A stretch of 64,000 bases of DNA. Source: a virus. The notes under the pieces were generated by a model, which saw only the letters and a program-made list of their open reading frames with translations, was not told where the DNA came from and did no database searches. Positions 9,439 to 20,175 of this stretch are shown in pieces (the first letter of the stretch is position 1; each line of letters opens with the position of its first letter). The stretch lies in the IMG/VR virus record IMGVR_UViG_3300011113_000649, positions 32,001 through 96,000 of that record. One strand, given 5' to 3'. Made by a program: the position numbers and the translations under genes.

Positions 9439-10598
9439 ATTATCCTCTGAATATACTCTTTAATTTGATCGTTAATTTCTTGTGTACTCATTTCGCCAAC
9501 GTCGTTTTTAGAAATGGTTGGTATAAAAACTCTATATGTATTCTGACACTTATTTTTAATTTGTTCGGCTGCTTTTTTACCTGCTTCATCATTATCTGTT
9601 AAAACTATTAAAGTCATCGCACCAGAAGAGTCTAATAAAATTTTTTGTCTGTCACTAAGCGATGAACCAAAAATAGCTACACTATTGTGAATACCATTTT
9701 CTTCTAGTCTCCACACATTTCCCGGACTCTCAACAATGATTGCTATTCCGGTGTCATATATATGATCTTTAGCAAACCAGAAATTGTAAAGATAGTTTTG
9801 ACTTTTAAAGTCGGCACTATGCTTCCATTTTGGATATCCCCATTTTTTATCATCAGATGGACACAAATTAGATGTGTCGTGATAAGATGAGCACTTTGTA
9901 CATTTTTCAAAAATGCTGCGACCGGTACATCCTACCATATATTCATAATTACTATCATAAATAGGAACAACCACTCTTTGATACATTGGCTTAGACGGGT
10001 TGGCACACAGTCCTACATCATATCTCTGTAGTGTACTATCTTTATAGTTTCTATCTATATAATATTGCGCTGGAATATTTATAGCTTTTATTATTTGATT
10101 TCTAGTAATTCTACTGTCAGACTTTTCTGCTTTAGCGTTTATATAGTTGATAATATTAGTAAAATTATTTTTCTCTTTTTCTGTTTTAGATATTTTGATA
10201 CTACTTAGATCTTTATTTAAAAAAGCTTGAACATACTCTAGGGCTTCATTAAAGGAACAACTAGCATCTCCTGGTTCAGACCAATGATATTTTTGATGAG
10301 ATATGATACCTCTTACAAAACCAATAATTGAAGACTTGAATTCTTGCTCACAATTATGTGTGCGACACTTCCAATTGCCCCTATACCTGTCTCCGTCTGG
10401 ATATATATTGAGCGCCGATGGATTATCTCCACCGTGTATGGGGCAACTCATTGAAATCATCTTGGAATTATTTTTAAACTCTAATCCAAATGTATCTAAT
10501 AGAGTTTCTATATTATCACACAAATCATCGCATAAAACTTTGAGTTTTGATTGATCAATTGAAGGGTATTTCTTCTTCATCATAGTCTGCTTGTTCAT
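9435..10598 (-). CDS. dnaG: DNA primase (Zn finger + Toprim)
   Basis: CPIH...C...C Zn motif, IIVES, TDNDEAG. Confidence 0.85.
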   Translation of the reverse strand: MNKQTMMKKKYPSIDQSKLKVLCDDLCDNIETLLDTFGLEFKNNSKMISMSCPIHGGDNPSALNIYPDGDRYRGNWKCRTHNCEQEFKSSIIGFVRGIISHQKYHWSEPGDASCSFNEALEYVQAFLNKDLSSIKISKTEKEKNNFTNIINYINAKAEKSDSRITRNQIIKAINIPAQYYIDRNYKDSTLQRYDVGLCANPSKPMYQRVVVPIYDSNYEYMVGCTGRSIFEKCTKCSSYHDTSNLCPSDDKKWGYPKWKHSADFKSQNYLYNFWFAKDHIYDTGIAIIVESPGNVWRLEENGIHNSVAIFGSSLSDRQKILLDSSGAMTLIVLTDNDEAGKKAAEQIKNKCQNTYRVFIPTISKNDVGEMSTQEINDQIKEYIQRII

Positions 10599-12021
10599 CT
10601 ACAACAAATCCTTCGTCTTCGTTTTTAGTGTTGTTTAATAATTCTAATCTTGTTTTGCCTTCTGTAATTTTGGCACACCAACCCTTCATATGACAATTAA
10701 TATAATCATTATCATCAAGTCCACCGCCGTGACGGCTCACTAATGGTAGTAGTTTTCTGTTTCCGTTTGTTGGTCCATCTTCAGCTATTTCTTCATCGCT
10801 TTTGCGTTTAAAAATACTAAAATTACTACACAGCCAAATAATTCTATCAGAACCACTAGCAGTATCTGTACTTTCTTTCGTAATACCATCCCGGTTCAAC
10901 TGTATAAATGCAACAATCGGTATTTGATATCTTACAGCAAAATTATGTAAACTGGTCATCATAAACCCTAAGACCTGATACTCTTTTAGATCTTGATTCA
11001 TTCCTTGACTATCCATAAGTTTCAAATAATCATAGAAAATCACACATTGTTTAGCTGTTCCATCGTCATTTAATCCAACTTCTTTTAAGATCCATCTACG
11101 CATAATTGCTAATTGTTCTTCAAATGGCTTGCCGGCGATACTCTTATAGAAGAGTCTAGTAGATTTAAGTTCTTCAGCTGCTTTTAATATTTTAGTTTTA
11201 GTATCAGCAGATTCTGCAAATCTTCCTGTTTCTATAGCATTAATTTCTACTTCTGTCATCATACCAAGAACTCTATTAATATGGTCTACTGTATTCATTT
11301 CTGTATCCATATTTAAAACAGGAATATTATGTTTATGTGCTATATGAAAACCTATATTATCAGACAACAAGGTTTTGCCTGTTTTTGGTCTAGCCGCAAT
11401 AACGTTTACAGTTCCTTTTCTTAATCCTCCGCCGATTGCCTGATCATAAACCGGAAAACCGGTAGGTATTCCTATTTGATCGACTTTGTTTTCTTCAAGA
11501 CTTTTAATGTACTGATCAATATCTTTACCGATACTTATCGGATTATTGTCTGTATCATTTAGCAAAGAAGAAAAATTAAAAACGGCGTCCTCCGCAACAC
11601 CTAATATAGATGCTATCGGCTCATTACCATTAACTTCTAATAGTTTATCTCCAGCCTGTTCAAGCTGTTTTCTTAACAGCCTAGCTATTTCTAACTTGCG
11701 TATTTTAGCAGCAAATTTGCGAACATTTTCTAGACTAACAGGAAAATCTATAATAGCTTTAAGGTGTTGTGCTTCTTCTTTTTTGGTAAAAATATTAGAA
11801 ACACCAATGTCTTGGGCGGCAGAGTATATAGAAGCCACATCAATTGATGGCTTTTGTTCGTTTTCGCACAGGTATTTTAAGCATTGATATATAATGCTAT
11901 TGCTGTCAATAGTAAACGATGACGCTTGAACTATATCTGCAACATCTAAATACGCATCTTCTCCATACCTGCAAATACCCGCCAATACCGCTCTTTCAGA
12001 TGCTGGATCACACAATATCAT
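10555..12021 (-). CDS. dnaB: Replicative DNA helicase
   Basis: SERAVL, GIPTGF, ARPKTGKT, DYLKLM, QLNR. Confidence 0.92.
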   Translation of the reverse strand: MILCDPASERAVLAGICRYGEDAYLDVADIVQASSFTIDSNSIIYQCLKYLCENEQKPSIDVASIYSAAQDIGVSNIFTKKEEAQHLKAIIDFPVSLENVRKFAAKIRKLEIARLLRKQLEQAGDKLLEVNGNEPIASILGVAEDAVFNFSSLLNDTDNNPISIGKDIDQYIKSLEENKVDQIGIPTGFPVYDQAIGGGLRKGTVNVIAARPKTGKTLLSDNIGFHIAHKHNIPVLNMDTEMNTVDHINRVLGMMTEVEINAIETGRFAESADTKTKILKAAEELKSTRLFYKSIAGKPFEEQLAIMRRWILKEVGLNDDGTAKQCVIFYDYLKLMDSQGMNQDLKEYQVLGFMMTSLHNFAVRYQIPIVAFIQLNRDGITKESTDTASGSDRIIWLCSNFSIFKRKSDEEIAEDGPTNGNRKLLPLVSRHGGGLDDNDYINCHMKGWCAKITEGKTRLELLNNTKNEDEGFVVDEQADYDEEEIPFN

Positions 12022-12025
12022 TTTT

Positions 12026-12385
12026 TCACCCTGCTGAAGTTGAACACTTATTGCACTTATATCTTTCTACCGATTCTATCAAAGATGGATTAGTTTGTTC
12101 TTCTTTTCCACATACTCTGCATTTAACCTTCGCTGGTTTGTAATTTCGAGATCTTTGCGTTGGGGGTAGTTTTCTTAGTTTCTTGTCTATCTCAACATCG
12201 TCTTTATGCATACCTGATTCGGACATTGTATCAAACTTATTTTTAGTTTTTTTGGCTTTATTTTTCTTAGTATTGGTATTTTGGGCTGGTTTAGATGATT
12301 GCTCTTCTACAGAGTCGCTATCGTCCGACAACCCTCTTTGCAAAATAGCTATTAGTTGTTTAATATCGTCTTGATCAAGACCCAT
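12026..12385 (-). CDS. Hypothetical Zn-ribbon protein
   Basis: CRVC...CNKC. Confidence 0.6.
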   Translation of the reverse strand: MGLDQDDIKQLIAILQRGLSDDSDSVEEQSSKPAQNTNTKKNKAKKTKNKFDTMSESGMHKDDVEIDKKLRKLPPTQRSRNYKPAKVKCRVCGKEEQTNPSLIESVERYKCNKCSTSAG

Positions 12386-12863
12386 TTTTCACCTTATTTC
12401 TTTGTATTGATAATAAAATATCTGATAAATTTTTGATACCATTGGCTAAATACGAAAGCCTATCTGATCTTTGTTTAGCAAATTTTTTAATATTATTTAA
12501 TGCTTGTGCTCTATCGTTATGTTTGATAGCCTGCCCACTTTTTTCTAGATATCCATACCCTTTATAATTATTGATTTCATCAGAAATAGTTTCCTTAATA
12601 GTCTCATCTGCCCAATTGTATCTAGCCAACTCTCTATTAATAGTGCGTTGAATATGAAATGAAAATTGGCCAAGACGATATGATATTTGAGCACAGTCTT
12701 CCGGATTAAGTTTTTCTAAAGTGTCTCTATTCATTGTCAAGTATTCGTTCAGTTCGCTTTCTTGCAACAGATCATTCTTATATGTCGGTAGACCTACAGA
12801 CTGTTCATATTCATCAAGAATATCATCCCAGTATTTTATCTCTTCCTTGGTAGATTTATGCAT
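12375..12863 (-). CDS. Helical protein, possibly UvsY-like recombination mediator
   Basis: ORF real by coupling; function inferred only from helical character and position near recA. Confidence 0.4.
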   Translation of the reverse strand: MHKSTKEEIKYWDDILDEYEQSVGLPTYKNDLLQESELNEYLTMNRDTLEKLNPEDCAQISYRLGQFSFHIQRTINRELARYNWADETIKETISDEINNYKGYGYLEKSGQAIKHNDRAQALNNIKKFAKQRSDRLSYLANGIKNLSDILLSIQRNKVKNGS

Positions 12864-13263
12864 TGTTTAATTTCTCTTCCCATTGTGATTCATTTTCATA
12901 GTGAGGTAAAACAATATATTTGATGTCGTTTATATCACACCACTCTTCTTTTTCTCTGTCTCTTTTTTGAGATTTTAAGAAGGCCAACATATTATTATGA
13001 TAGAATCCAACAAAGTTATAGTGCTGTTCTCCATGTACTTCTACACATAGCCTTTTAAGAGGTAAATAAAAATCCAAATATAATGTTTCACTGCGTCTAA
13101 GCGGAATCGGCACTTCTTCTAAAATTTGTAAAGTCGGAAAATGATTGGTAATTAATTCTCTGGCTTTTAAATGAAAACTAGAACGATTATTGATTTTACC
13201 ATGTGCCATGTTCCCTGTCAACTGCCAACTATGAGCTATGCCATCTAAATCTTTTACTTGCAT
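12856..13263 (-). CDS. PD-(D/E)XK endonuclease (Vsr/DUF559-like)
   Basis: LDFYLP...VEVHGEQH...RDREK. Confidence 0.75.
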   Translation of the reverse strand: MQVKDLDGIAHSWQLTGNMAHGKINNRSSFHLKARELITNHFPTLQILEEVPIPLRRSETLYLDFYLPLKRLCVEVHGEQHYNFVGFYHNNMLAFLKSQKRDREKEEWCDINDIKYIVLPHYENESQWEEKLNNA

Positions 13264-14270
13264 TTAATTCCCATTGTCTCTTTTAGAGATGACACCAAAC
13301 CTTCATATGCTTTAGCATTTTCTAACAAGAAATTTCTAACTTTTTCTGTGCCTTGAAACTTAGGTTTATCTTCAATAGTAGTCAGAGTATACCACGCTCC
13401 ACCCTTGTGTATCAAACCCATATCTGAAGCTAAGCATATAGCTTCCATATATTTATCGATACCTTGTCCGTATCTTATATAACTAGTAATTTGACCACCA
13501 GGAGGTCCAAGAGCAGAACACGCCACTTGCCACTCAATCTCTTGTCCTATTTGACTACTATCGGCACTTAATACCCAAGGCTTGAAAGTTTTTGCTCGAA
13601 TTTTAATATCTGTTTGATATGCTATCGCCTGACCGCTTTTCTCTTTAAATTCAGCACCATAACCTGTTGGATTACCCATTAAATGAGTAATACCAATTAC
13701 AATGTTTTTATTCACAGGTATAACATTCGCAACTTTACGACAAAATTTAGCTAAAAGTTTTGCACCATCTGCTCTTTGCATTTTATCCATTTCGCTAGTA
13801 ATTTCTGCTTCTGTACATAGCGCAGAATATGAGTCTATTATAACTATAGACCCAGGTATTTCATTAATAATTTTCTCTGCTATTTGGAGATATTCTTCGG
13901 CGTGTAATATCTTACCCTGTTGACTCCCTATGACATGGAATCTAGATAAGTCTAAACCCGGTATTCCTTCTAGGTCTCTTTTTTTGAGTCTGCCTTCTAT
14001 ATTTAGATAGTATACTTCCCTAGGTGTTTTTAAATCACCATTATATTCTGGTCTCTGTGCCGTAGCGGCAAAATCTAAAGAGGTTGTGGTTTTACCACAT
14101 TTGGGTTGTCCTGTAAATACAACAAAACTTCCTTCTGGTATTCCACCATTAAGAACTATATCTAAAGAAGGACTAACGGGTATAATTACTAATTTCTTAT
14201 CAACAACCGCATTGCCACTTAGAATAATATCTTCGCCAAATATTTTAGTTACGTCTTCTTTAACACTCAT
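13254..14270 (-). CDS. recA: RecA/UvsX recombinase
   Basis: LDIVLNGGIPEG, GQPKCGKTT, IIDSYSAL, GAWY. Confidence 0.92.
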   Translation of the reverse strand: MSVKEDVTKIFGEDIILSGNAVVDKKLVIIPVSPSLDIVLNGGIPEGSFVVFTGQPKCGKTTTSLDFAATAQRPEYNGDLKTPREVYYLNIEGRLKKRDLEGIPGLDLSRFHVIGSQQGKILHAEEYLQIAEKIINEIPGSIVIIDSYSALCTEAEITSEMDKMQRADGAKLLAKFCRKVANVIPVNKNIVIGITHLMGNPTGYGAEFKEKSGQAIAYQTDIKIRAKTFKPWVLSADSSQIGQEIEWQVACSALGPPGGQITSYIRYGQGIDKYMEAICLASDMGLIHKGGAWYTLTTIEDKPKFQGTEKVRNFLLENAKAYEGLVSSLKETMGIKCK

Positions 14271-14688
14271 TATCTATATCCTTTAATTTAGAAAATATGT
14301 TCTTGGTATTTTTACTATTGATAGGGCCAAACTTTACGCTTTCCACCCTATTCAAATTGAGAGTTAGATTTGTATTTTCTGCATCTAGTTTTTTCTGTTC
14401 TGTTTCTATCATAGGAACAAGATGTGGTGCTCGCAGAGAATAAATTTTTGCGGCTTTTGGATCTTTTAATGCTCTTACAATAGCAATATCGTTGTACTTT
14501 TTAACTAGTTTATACGCAGACGATATTTGATTTTTATAATAAGATGCCCATTCTTTATTAAGCCAGAACCTATAATGCAAGTCTAGCTTATCTTTTTTCG
14601 CCTTATTCTCACAAATTAGTTCGGTTATATATTGTGCCGCACTAACTTCTTTGTCGTTAGAATATTTCGATATGTATTTTTTAGCCAT
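14260..14688 (-). CDS. Hypothetical protein
   Basis: 142-aa coupled ORF. Confidence 0.6.
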   Translation of the reverse strand: MAKKYISKYSNDKEVSAAQYITELICENKAKKDKLDLHYRFWLNKEWASYYKNQISSAYKLVKKYNDIAIVRALKDPKAAKIYSLRAPHLVPMIETEQKKLDAENTNLTLNLNRVESVKFGPINSKNTKNIFSKLKDIDNEC

Positions 14689-15013
14689 TGGGTCTAAAGA
14701 TAGCGTTTTTGCTTGTTCTAGAAGTTGCTGATCTAAAATTTTTAACTAGTTCGTCATTAAGTTGAGAAGCGCCTTCTGTCATAACGCTAACATTATTAGT
14801 TTTTTTAGCAGCGGTGTGTCTGGTCATTAGGTTTTGACTTTTGCTAATTTTGCGAGGTTTGTCTTGTTTAGGTTCATCGAGTATACCATCCACGATAGCT
14901 TCTGCAATACCTAGTTCTAAAGCGATATCTTTGGATTTAAGCTTTAGTGTGTCATGCAAATATTTTACTGCATATTCAGTTTGTTTGTTTCTGGTTTTAT
15001 TGTTTTTAGTCAT
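14681..15013 (-). CDS. Hypothetical protein, possible HTH
   Basis: LKSKDIALELGIAEAIV. Confidence 0.55.
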   Translation of the reverse strand: MTKNNKTRNKQTEYAVKYLHDTLKLKSKDIALELGIAEAIVDGILDEPKQDKPRKISKSQNLMTRHTAAKKTNNVSVMTEGASQLNDELVKNFRSATSRTSKNAIFRPNG

Positions 15014-15408
15014 TATGCCATCTCTCTTTCTGCATTATTGAGCCATGCTATGTTTTTTGTTGACAAAAAGTTTAAATATAAATCAAAAATTTTAGGGTTT
15101 ACTTCTTTGAATTCAAATTCTTTACGGCCAATTTTAGCTATAAACTTTTGACTTTTACCTTCGCTAAACAAACCCATTGGATTAAAAATTTTGCCATATG
15201 TACCAACTTTAATATATAATTTATGTATACCATTTTTGTTAATAGACTTAGCAACAACATTTTTTGATTCTTCTTTAGCTTGTGGTCTATTATTAGAGTC
15301 TATAAAATCGTGATCTCCTAAAATCGTGAAGTACTGAATATCTGACTCATTAGCTACTTTGGTTTTACTATTTTGATTGGGCGTAAAAATACAATTTTCT
15401 GTTTTCAT
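15013..15408 (-). CDS. Hypothetical protein
   Basis: 131-aa coupled ORF. Confidence 0.6.
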   Translation of the reverse strand: MKTENCIFTPNQNSKTKVANESDIQYFTILGDHDFIDSNNRPQAKEESKNVVAKSINKNGIHKLYIKVGTYGKIFNPMGLFSEGKSQKFIAKIGRKEFEFKEVNPKIFDLYLNFLSTKNIAWLNNAEREMA

Positions 15409-15788
15409 TTTTTTCGGCTCCGTTTATTTTTAATATTATTTGTTCCAGGCCACAATGTTTTTTGTGATTTCTTTAGTCTGCTCATACCAGATGGCAATGG
15501 CTTAGCTTCTTCTTTATTATCTCTATAGTCATTATGTTTTTGATAAAGCTCTATTTTTTGATCTTCGCTCATGCGTTCTGTATTTCTTAAGGCCAAATCC
15601 CCTATAGTTTTTAGTTCGCTATTAGACTTTTTAACAGATGCTGACTGGGTTAATACGTCGTTTACATAAAGTCTATTGGAGCGTTTATTACATTGAGGAC
15701 ATTTAGCGTGAGGATCATAGTCTTTGATATAAAAGAAAAGCTCAAATACTTGATCGCATTTATCGCAGTTATATGTGTAGTTAGGCAT
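15405..15788 (-). CDS. FmdB-type zinc-ribbon protein
   Basis: MPNYTYNCDKC...CPQC. Confidence 0.75.
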   Translation of the reverse strand: MPNYTYNCDKCDQVFELFFYIKDYDPHAKCPQCNKRSNRLYVNDVLTQSASVKKSNSELKTIGDLALRNTERMSEDQKIELYQKHNDYRDNKEEAKPLPSGMSRLKKSQKTLWPGTNNIKNKRSRKK

Positions 15789-16365
15789 AGTATGCTTCTG
15801 GCAAATAAGTTTTCCATTCCTTGGGGATATCTGTTTTTATTTTATGAAGATGGTGGCTAATAGGCAAGTATTTTTGGCTTTTAGTGGGTTTTATAGGAAT
15901 ATTTATTAGCGGCATATTTGCTTGTTTGGGTGTTTTGTTTCCTTTTTTCCTATTACATGGAACACAAGCTGTTACTATATTTGTCCAACAAGTTGGAGAA
16001 GCTTGACTATGTGACCAAACAGATTTTGGAATAACATGATCATACGTCAAATAACCAGCTTCATACTGATTTCCACAATATTGACAGGTATAATTATCTC
16101 TTAAAAAGATATTTTTACGAGAAAATATTAGCGTTTGATTAGTTTGTCTGAAAAATCTTTTAGTCCTAGCCACCGCGGGTATAGGGTATTTTTTATTATT
16201 GACCCCATTAATATGGTCGTTTTTAAAAAAATCAATAATATCAATACCGTATCGAGGATTATCCTCATACTTCATGTGCCAGACAACCGCTTTTTTCCAA
16301 TGAATTATAGATAACGGAGTAAAATCTGCATTAAGCAATAAGCACTTACTATTTTGTTGTCTCAT
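15781..16365 (-). CDS. HNH endonuclease (McrA-like)
   Basis: RDNYTCQYCG...DHVIP...NIVTACVPCNRKK. Confidence 0.9.
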   Translation of the reverse strand: MRQQNSKCLLLNADFTPLSIIHWKKAVVWHMKYEDNPRYGIDIIDFFKNDHINGVNNKKYPIPAVARTKRFFRQTNQTLIFSRKNIFLRDNYTCQYCGNQYEAGYLTYDHVIPKSVWSHSQASPTCWTNIVTACVPCNRKKGNKTPKQANMPLINIPIKPTKSQKYLPISHHLHKIKTDIPKEWKTYLPEAYYA

Positions 16366-17071
16366 TTTCTACAGTTTCTAGTCTAGCTAAAATTTTGCCA
16401 ATAATAGGATTACGAATAATATCAGCATTATTCAATTGAGACACACCGATACCTTCTATGTCTTGTAAGTTAGATATTAATTGTAAAAATCCACCCCTGA
16501 GATATCTTTGCAAATCCGATTGGCTTATATCTCCAGTTAATACCATTTTACTCTCATTGCCAATACGAGTCAATAACATTTTTAATTGATCGTACGAAGC
16601 ATTTTGACACTCATCAGCGACAATAAAACAATTATGAAAGTTACGACCTCTCATCAATCCAAGAGGTACAATTTCTATTTTGTTTTGTGTTTTTAAACTA
16701 ACATATTGACTTATTGGTATAAAGTGTACAATTTCATCTAAAATAGGTAAAAGATATGGGTGAAGTTTTTCTTCTGCTGTTCCAGGCAAAAATCCTAATT
16801 TTTCACCAGATTCTACAACGGGTCTTGTGATAACTATTTTATTAACTTTATTTTCTAGTAAATACTCAATTGCCATACCAACAGCAATATGTGTTTTACC
16901 ACTACCAGCAACACCCTGGCAAAAGGTTATAGTATTTTCTGCAATTGTTCTTACAAATTCATGCTGATTAATAGTTTTTGGTTTAAGTCTATTTTTATAA
17001 GCAAAGCCAGAACTATTTTGTACTAATGAATTTGTAGCATCTATAGTCTTTTTCTTTTTTTGTTTTCTCAA
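16349..17071 (-). CDS. phoH: PhoH-like ATPase
   Basis: GVAGSGKT, LGFLPG, MRGR, DECQN, GDISQSD. Confidence 0.95.
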   Translation of the reverse strand: MRKQKKKKTIDATNSLVQNSSGFAYKNRLKPKTINQHEFVRTIAENTITFCQGVAGSGKTHIAVGMAIEYLLENKVNKIVITRPVVESGEKLGFLPGTAEEKLHPYLLPILDEIVHFIPISQYVSLKTQNKIEIVPLGLMRGRNFHNCFIVADECQNASYDQLKMLLTRIGNESKMVLTGDISQSDLQRYLRGGFLQLISNLQDIEGIGVSQLNNADIIRNPIIGKILARLETVENETTK

Positions 17072-17093
17072 GTTATACCTTTCGAAATATGGG

Positions 17094-19286
17094 TTAAATT
17101 AGACATGCGCCGCCAGCACAACTAACCTCTTCTATTCCGGCAGTATTATCCTCTGTTTCTACTAGTTGTGTATAATCAACCTTTTTAAAACTACTAAAAA
17201 GATCACAATAGAGTTTCCAGTTATAAACATCTTTCATACAATATGTCAAACGTCTTATATCTCCACCAAAATATTTACCAGCAAAGTTTTTCATTTTCGT
17301 GACAAATAAAAGTTTTTCTTTAGGGTCTTGTTCTTTAGCCTGATTCATACTGACATAATCACAAGCAGCCCATAGATTATTATTAAAGGCGTTTAAGCCT
17401 AGCTCTATTAATCCAGAGCACCATAACGCAGCGTCACCATACTCTTTGACTATTTCTCTGCTTGTGTAAACAGTAGTAAAGGGAGCCTGTGGATAGTCTT
17501 TGTCTCCACTTTGGGGGATTAAACTAATACCAGCAAAATATTTACGATTATTATAAATATATTTGGTTACCTCGCCCCACTCGTCTGGCTTAACAGTTAC
17601 AGTATTGCTAACATTATGGCTAAGATATTCTTTTGTGCATAATGACTTATTTTTACCAGAATTCACCCAATTCTTTTGTGTTTCTTTAACTACGGCCAAC
17701 ATATCTACTGCTGGTAATTGATTTTTAAGTTTAGCTCCGTCTGGAACCTCAATAGGAAATTTAATAACCTCGTCAGTATTATTGGCTGACCATGAAGATT
17801 TTTCACAGGCTTGTGGGTTATAATTCTTAAAGTGTTGGAATGGTGCTTCTAAAATATTGGCCTGTACATGCCTTATATATCGCTTAGCATGATGAGGATG
17901 AATACCAGAAGACGTACCAAGCATACTACTACTAGTGCCTTCTGGCTTTAAACAGGTTACTCTAGCGGCTTGATTTATGTCGATTTTATCCGCTATAATT
18001 TTATTTGTTTCGACCGCAATCTTAGCGCCTTGTTTTAAAACCTTTTCGGACAATACCAGATCGTGTTTTTCCATGATACCAGTTAGAGAAACACCTAATA
18101 AAGCTTCTCTTTGGAATATCTTGCAGCTTATTTCGCCTAAGTAATCTAATTTAGTAAAGCCAGCTTGTAATGTTCCAATAATTGCTGCTGCTTTACATCT
18201 TTCATAAAAGTCTTCTTCGTCTGTGACACTAGAGCAATTGATCGTAGAAAGATTACATCCCTGCCATCCACTTTCTCCAGTTGTTTCATCAACGGGCCAC
18301 ATGCCAATTTCTACACATGGATTAAAAATCATTTCTGTAGATTCGCTCCAAATAAATCCTGGTTCTCCAAACTCTTTAACGCTTTCCATCAGCGTTTCAA
18401 ATTCTTCAAGCGTGGTTTCGTTTTTAAGCAATAAGGCCGAGTTGTTACTTCTTGCTCTTTGGGGATTGTCTATATACCAATTACCAGTTTTAGCTTTTGC
18501 CATTTCTTCATCGTTTGCACTAAATAATGCTAAACTAGCAGATCTCCTTACTCCACCACTTAACACAGCGTCACTACTATGCATAACAATATCATAAGCA
18601 TCAATTGGTCTAAGCTTTTTTTGTCCATTAGCAATACAACGATCTAATAGCGTTCTGACTTTTTCTAGTCCTTTGGCCAATGGTTCAAATCCAGGCGCTT
18701 TACCAACACCAGAACTTAGGTCGGATCCTTGTGGCCTAATATTACTATAATCAAATAGTATATGACAATTTTTATATTGTTTAAATTCTTCAACAGGTTT
18801 GCTAAAATATGAACTTAGTAAAACACCCAAAGCATCAGCCCAACCCTCGATACTATCTTCTATAAGATAGACAGTGCCTTGATCTTTAGGCGGATTGTGT
18901 TCAAGTGTTGGTAGTTTAGCAACATGGTGTTTTTGTACGCTAAAACCAGTACCACTGCCACAAAGCAATAGCCAAAAACATTCCTGAAAAAATCTTAATC
19001 TATCACAATAAGAACTTGTGCAGTTGTATATCTTGGCATGTCTTTTTAGAATGGGGTCGCCACCAAACTGTAGCCCTCTTTGACTCCCCAAAATCTTTTT
19101 TTTGTACATAATGTCATATGCCCAATCAATCTCGTCTGAGATATTTTTGTCGGCATACATTGTATGCATCATGTTTTTAACTCTTTCAACGGCCTCTTTC
19201 CATGTCTCTCTTCTTTTTTTATCTTCTAGCCAACGAGCATATTTACTAACAAATGTATAATTTTGCAATTCTTGAAGAGCGGACAT
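17094..19286 (-). CDS. nrdJ: Class II (B12-dependent) ribonucleotide reductase
   Basis: YNC, GGVRRSA, NPCVE, CNL, KPEGT, C-terminal CAGGAC; no small-subunit gene nearby. Confidence 0.9.
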   Translation of the reverse strand: MSALQELQNYTFVSKYARWLEDKKRRETWKEAVERVKNMMHTMYADKNISDEIDWAYDIMYKKKILGSQRGLQFGGDPILKRHAKIYNCTSSYCDRLRFFQECFWLLLCGSGTGFSVQKHHVAKLPTLEHNPPKDQGTVYLIEDSIEGWADALGVLLSSYFSKPVEEFKQYKNCHILFDYSNIRPQGSDLSSGVGKAPGFEPLAKGLEKVRTLLDRCIANGQKKLRPIDAYDIVMHSSDAVLSGGVRRSASLALFSANDEEMAKAKTGNWYIDNPQRARSNNSALLLKNETTLEEFETLMESVKEFGEPGFIWSESTEMIFNPCVEIGMWPVDETTGESGWQGCNLSTINCSSVTDEEDFYERCKAAAIIGTLQAGFTKLDYLGEISCKIFQREALLGVSLTGIMEKHDLVLSEKVLKQGAKIAVETNKIIADKIDINQAARVTCLKPEGTSSSMLGTSSGIHPHHAKRYIRHVQANILEAPFQHFKNYNPQACEKSSWSANNTDEVIKFPIEVPDGAKLKNQLPAVDMLAVVKETQKNWVNSGKNKSLCTKEYLSHNVSNTVTVKPDEWGEVTKYIYNNRKYFAGISLIPQSGDKDYPQAPFTTVYTSREIVKEYGDAALWCSGLIELGLNAFNNNLWAACDYVSMNQAKEQDPKEKLLFVTKMKNFAGKYFGGDIRRLTYCMKDVYNWKLYCDLFSSFKKVDYTQLVETEDNTAGIEEVSCAGGACLI

Positions 19287-19287
19287 A

Positions 19288-19425
19288 CTATCTCCTATTA
19301 ATTAGTGTTAAAAGACCTAATATTACCAATCCTTTAAAAGATTTTTCTATCATTAGAGTATCAGAGGTAATATTGAAATATAAATAAAAAAATAACATTA
19401 TAAAAAAACAAATCTTATACATCAT
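19288..19425 (-). CDS. Small hydrophobic protein (45 aa, not in ORF track)
   Basis: MMYKICFFIMLFFYLYF...GLVILGLLTLINRR; ATGA overlap with the deaminase stop. Confidence 0.45.
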   Translation of the reverse strand: MMYKICFFIMLFFYLYFNITSDTLMIEKSFKGLVILGLLTLINRR

Positions 19426-19892
19426 ATTACACCACACAAATGTTTCAGCCACGAAAGATTTGGTTCTATATATATAATATTAATGCCACTCATTTGTACA
19501 AAAGTTGTAAATCTTTTTTCAGCATCAGCATCAAATAAATGTGTACCATGATCTTTTGTCATGACTATAGTACGAATACCTTCTTGCCACAAAGCCATAA
19601 CACAATCATTACAACATTGTCCTGTAACATACGCGATACCATTTTCTGGTCGTATAATACAATTAGATAATGCATTACGTTCAGCATGAATCATCCAAGA
19701 ATATTTTTCCGGTCGTGTTTTGGGCAATAGACCATCGTCTAAGCCTCGAGCAAATCCATTATATCCTATTCCTAGTATACGGTGATTATTGTCAGTAATC
19801 ACGCACCCATGCTGAGTTTGTAGGTCATGACTACGTTGAGAAACAACTTTAGCCAAGCCTAAAAAATAATCTATCCAGTTTGGTCGTTCCAT
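19422..19892 (-). CDS. dCMP deaminase
   Basis: GYNG, HAERNA, CCNDC. Confidence 0.9.
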   Translation of the reverse strand: MERPNWIDYFLGLAKVVSQRSHDLQTQHGCVITDNNHRILGIGYNGFARGLDDGLLPKTRPEKYSWMIHAERNALSNCIIRPENGIAYVTGQCCNDCVMALWQEGIRTIVMTKDHGTHLFDADAEKRFTTFVQMSGINIIYIEPNLSWLKHLCGVI

Positions 19893-19899
19893 AATAAAT

Positions 19900-19927
19900 A
19901 TTATAGCACGACGAGTCGTTTGGTCAA
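19900..19927 (-). promoter_or_regulatory. sigma70-type promoter, probably leaderless transcript
   Basis: TTGACC-16 nt-TATAAT with TGn extension; ATG follows 7 nt after the -10 box. Confidence 0.7.
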
Positions 19928-20175
19928 GATGTCTTTGTAAGCTTATTATAGAGAATTAGTGTTAAAACGCCGCCAGCAATACCCATAAAAATACCAGATG
20001 GACTTAGGCTGTTATATGTTCCTAAAAGATATAAAACAGCACCACCCATGTATGAGCCAGCAACACCAACCGCTACGGTTTGAAAAAAACCCATACGCTC
20101 TTCACCAGGAACGAGAGATTTCGCAATACTGCCTACGAACAAACCATATACACACCAGACTAATAAATTAAACAT
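19924..20175 (-). CDS. GlsB/YeaQ/YmgE-like membrane protein
   Basis: GLFVGSIAKSLVPG...GVAGSYMGG, three hydrophobic segments. Confidence 0.75.
   Translation of the reverse strand: MFNLLVWCVYGLFVGSIAKSLVPGEERMGFFQTVAVGVAGSYMGGAVLYLLGTYNSLSPSGIFMGIAGGVLTLILYNKLTKTS

Noticed and set aside
9435-19286. Inteins or introns in primase, DnaB, RecA or NrdJ
   Set aside because: Normal lengths, contiguous motifs, no splice-junction signatures
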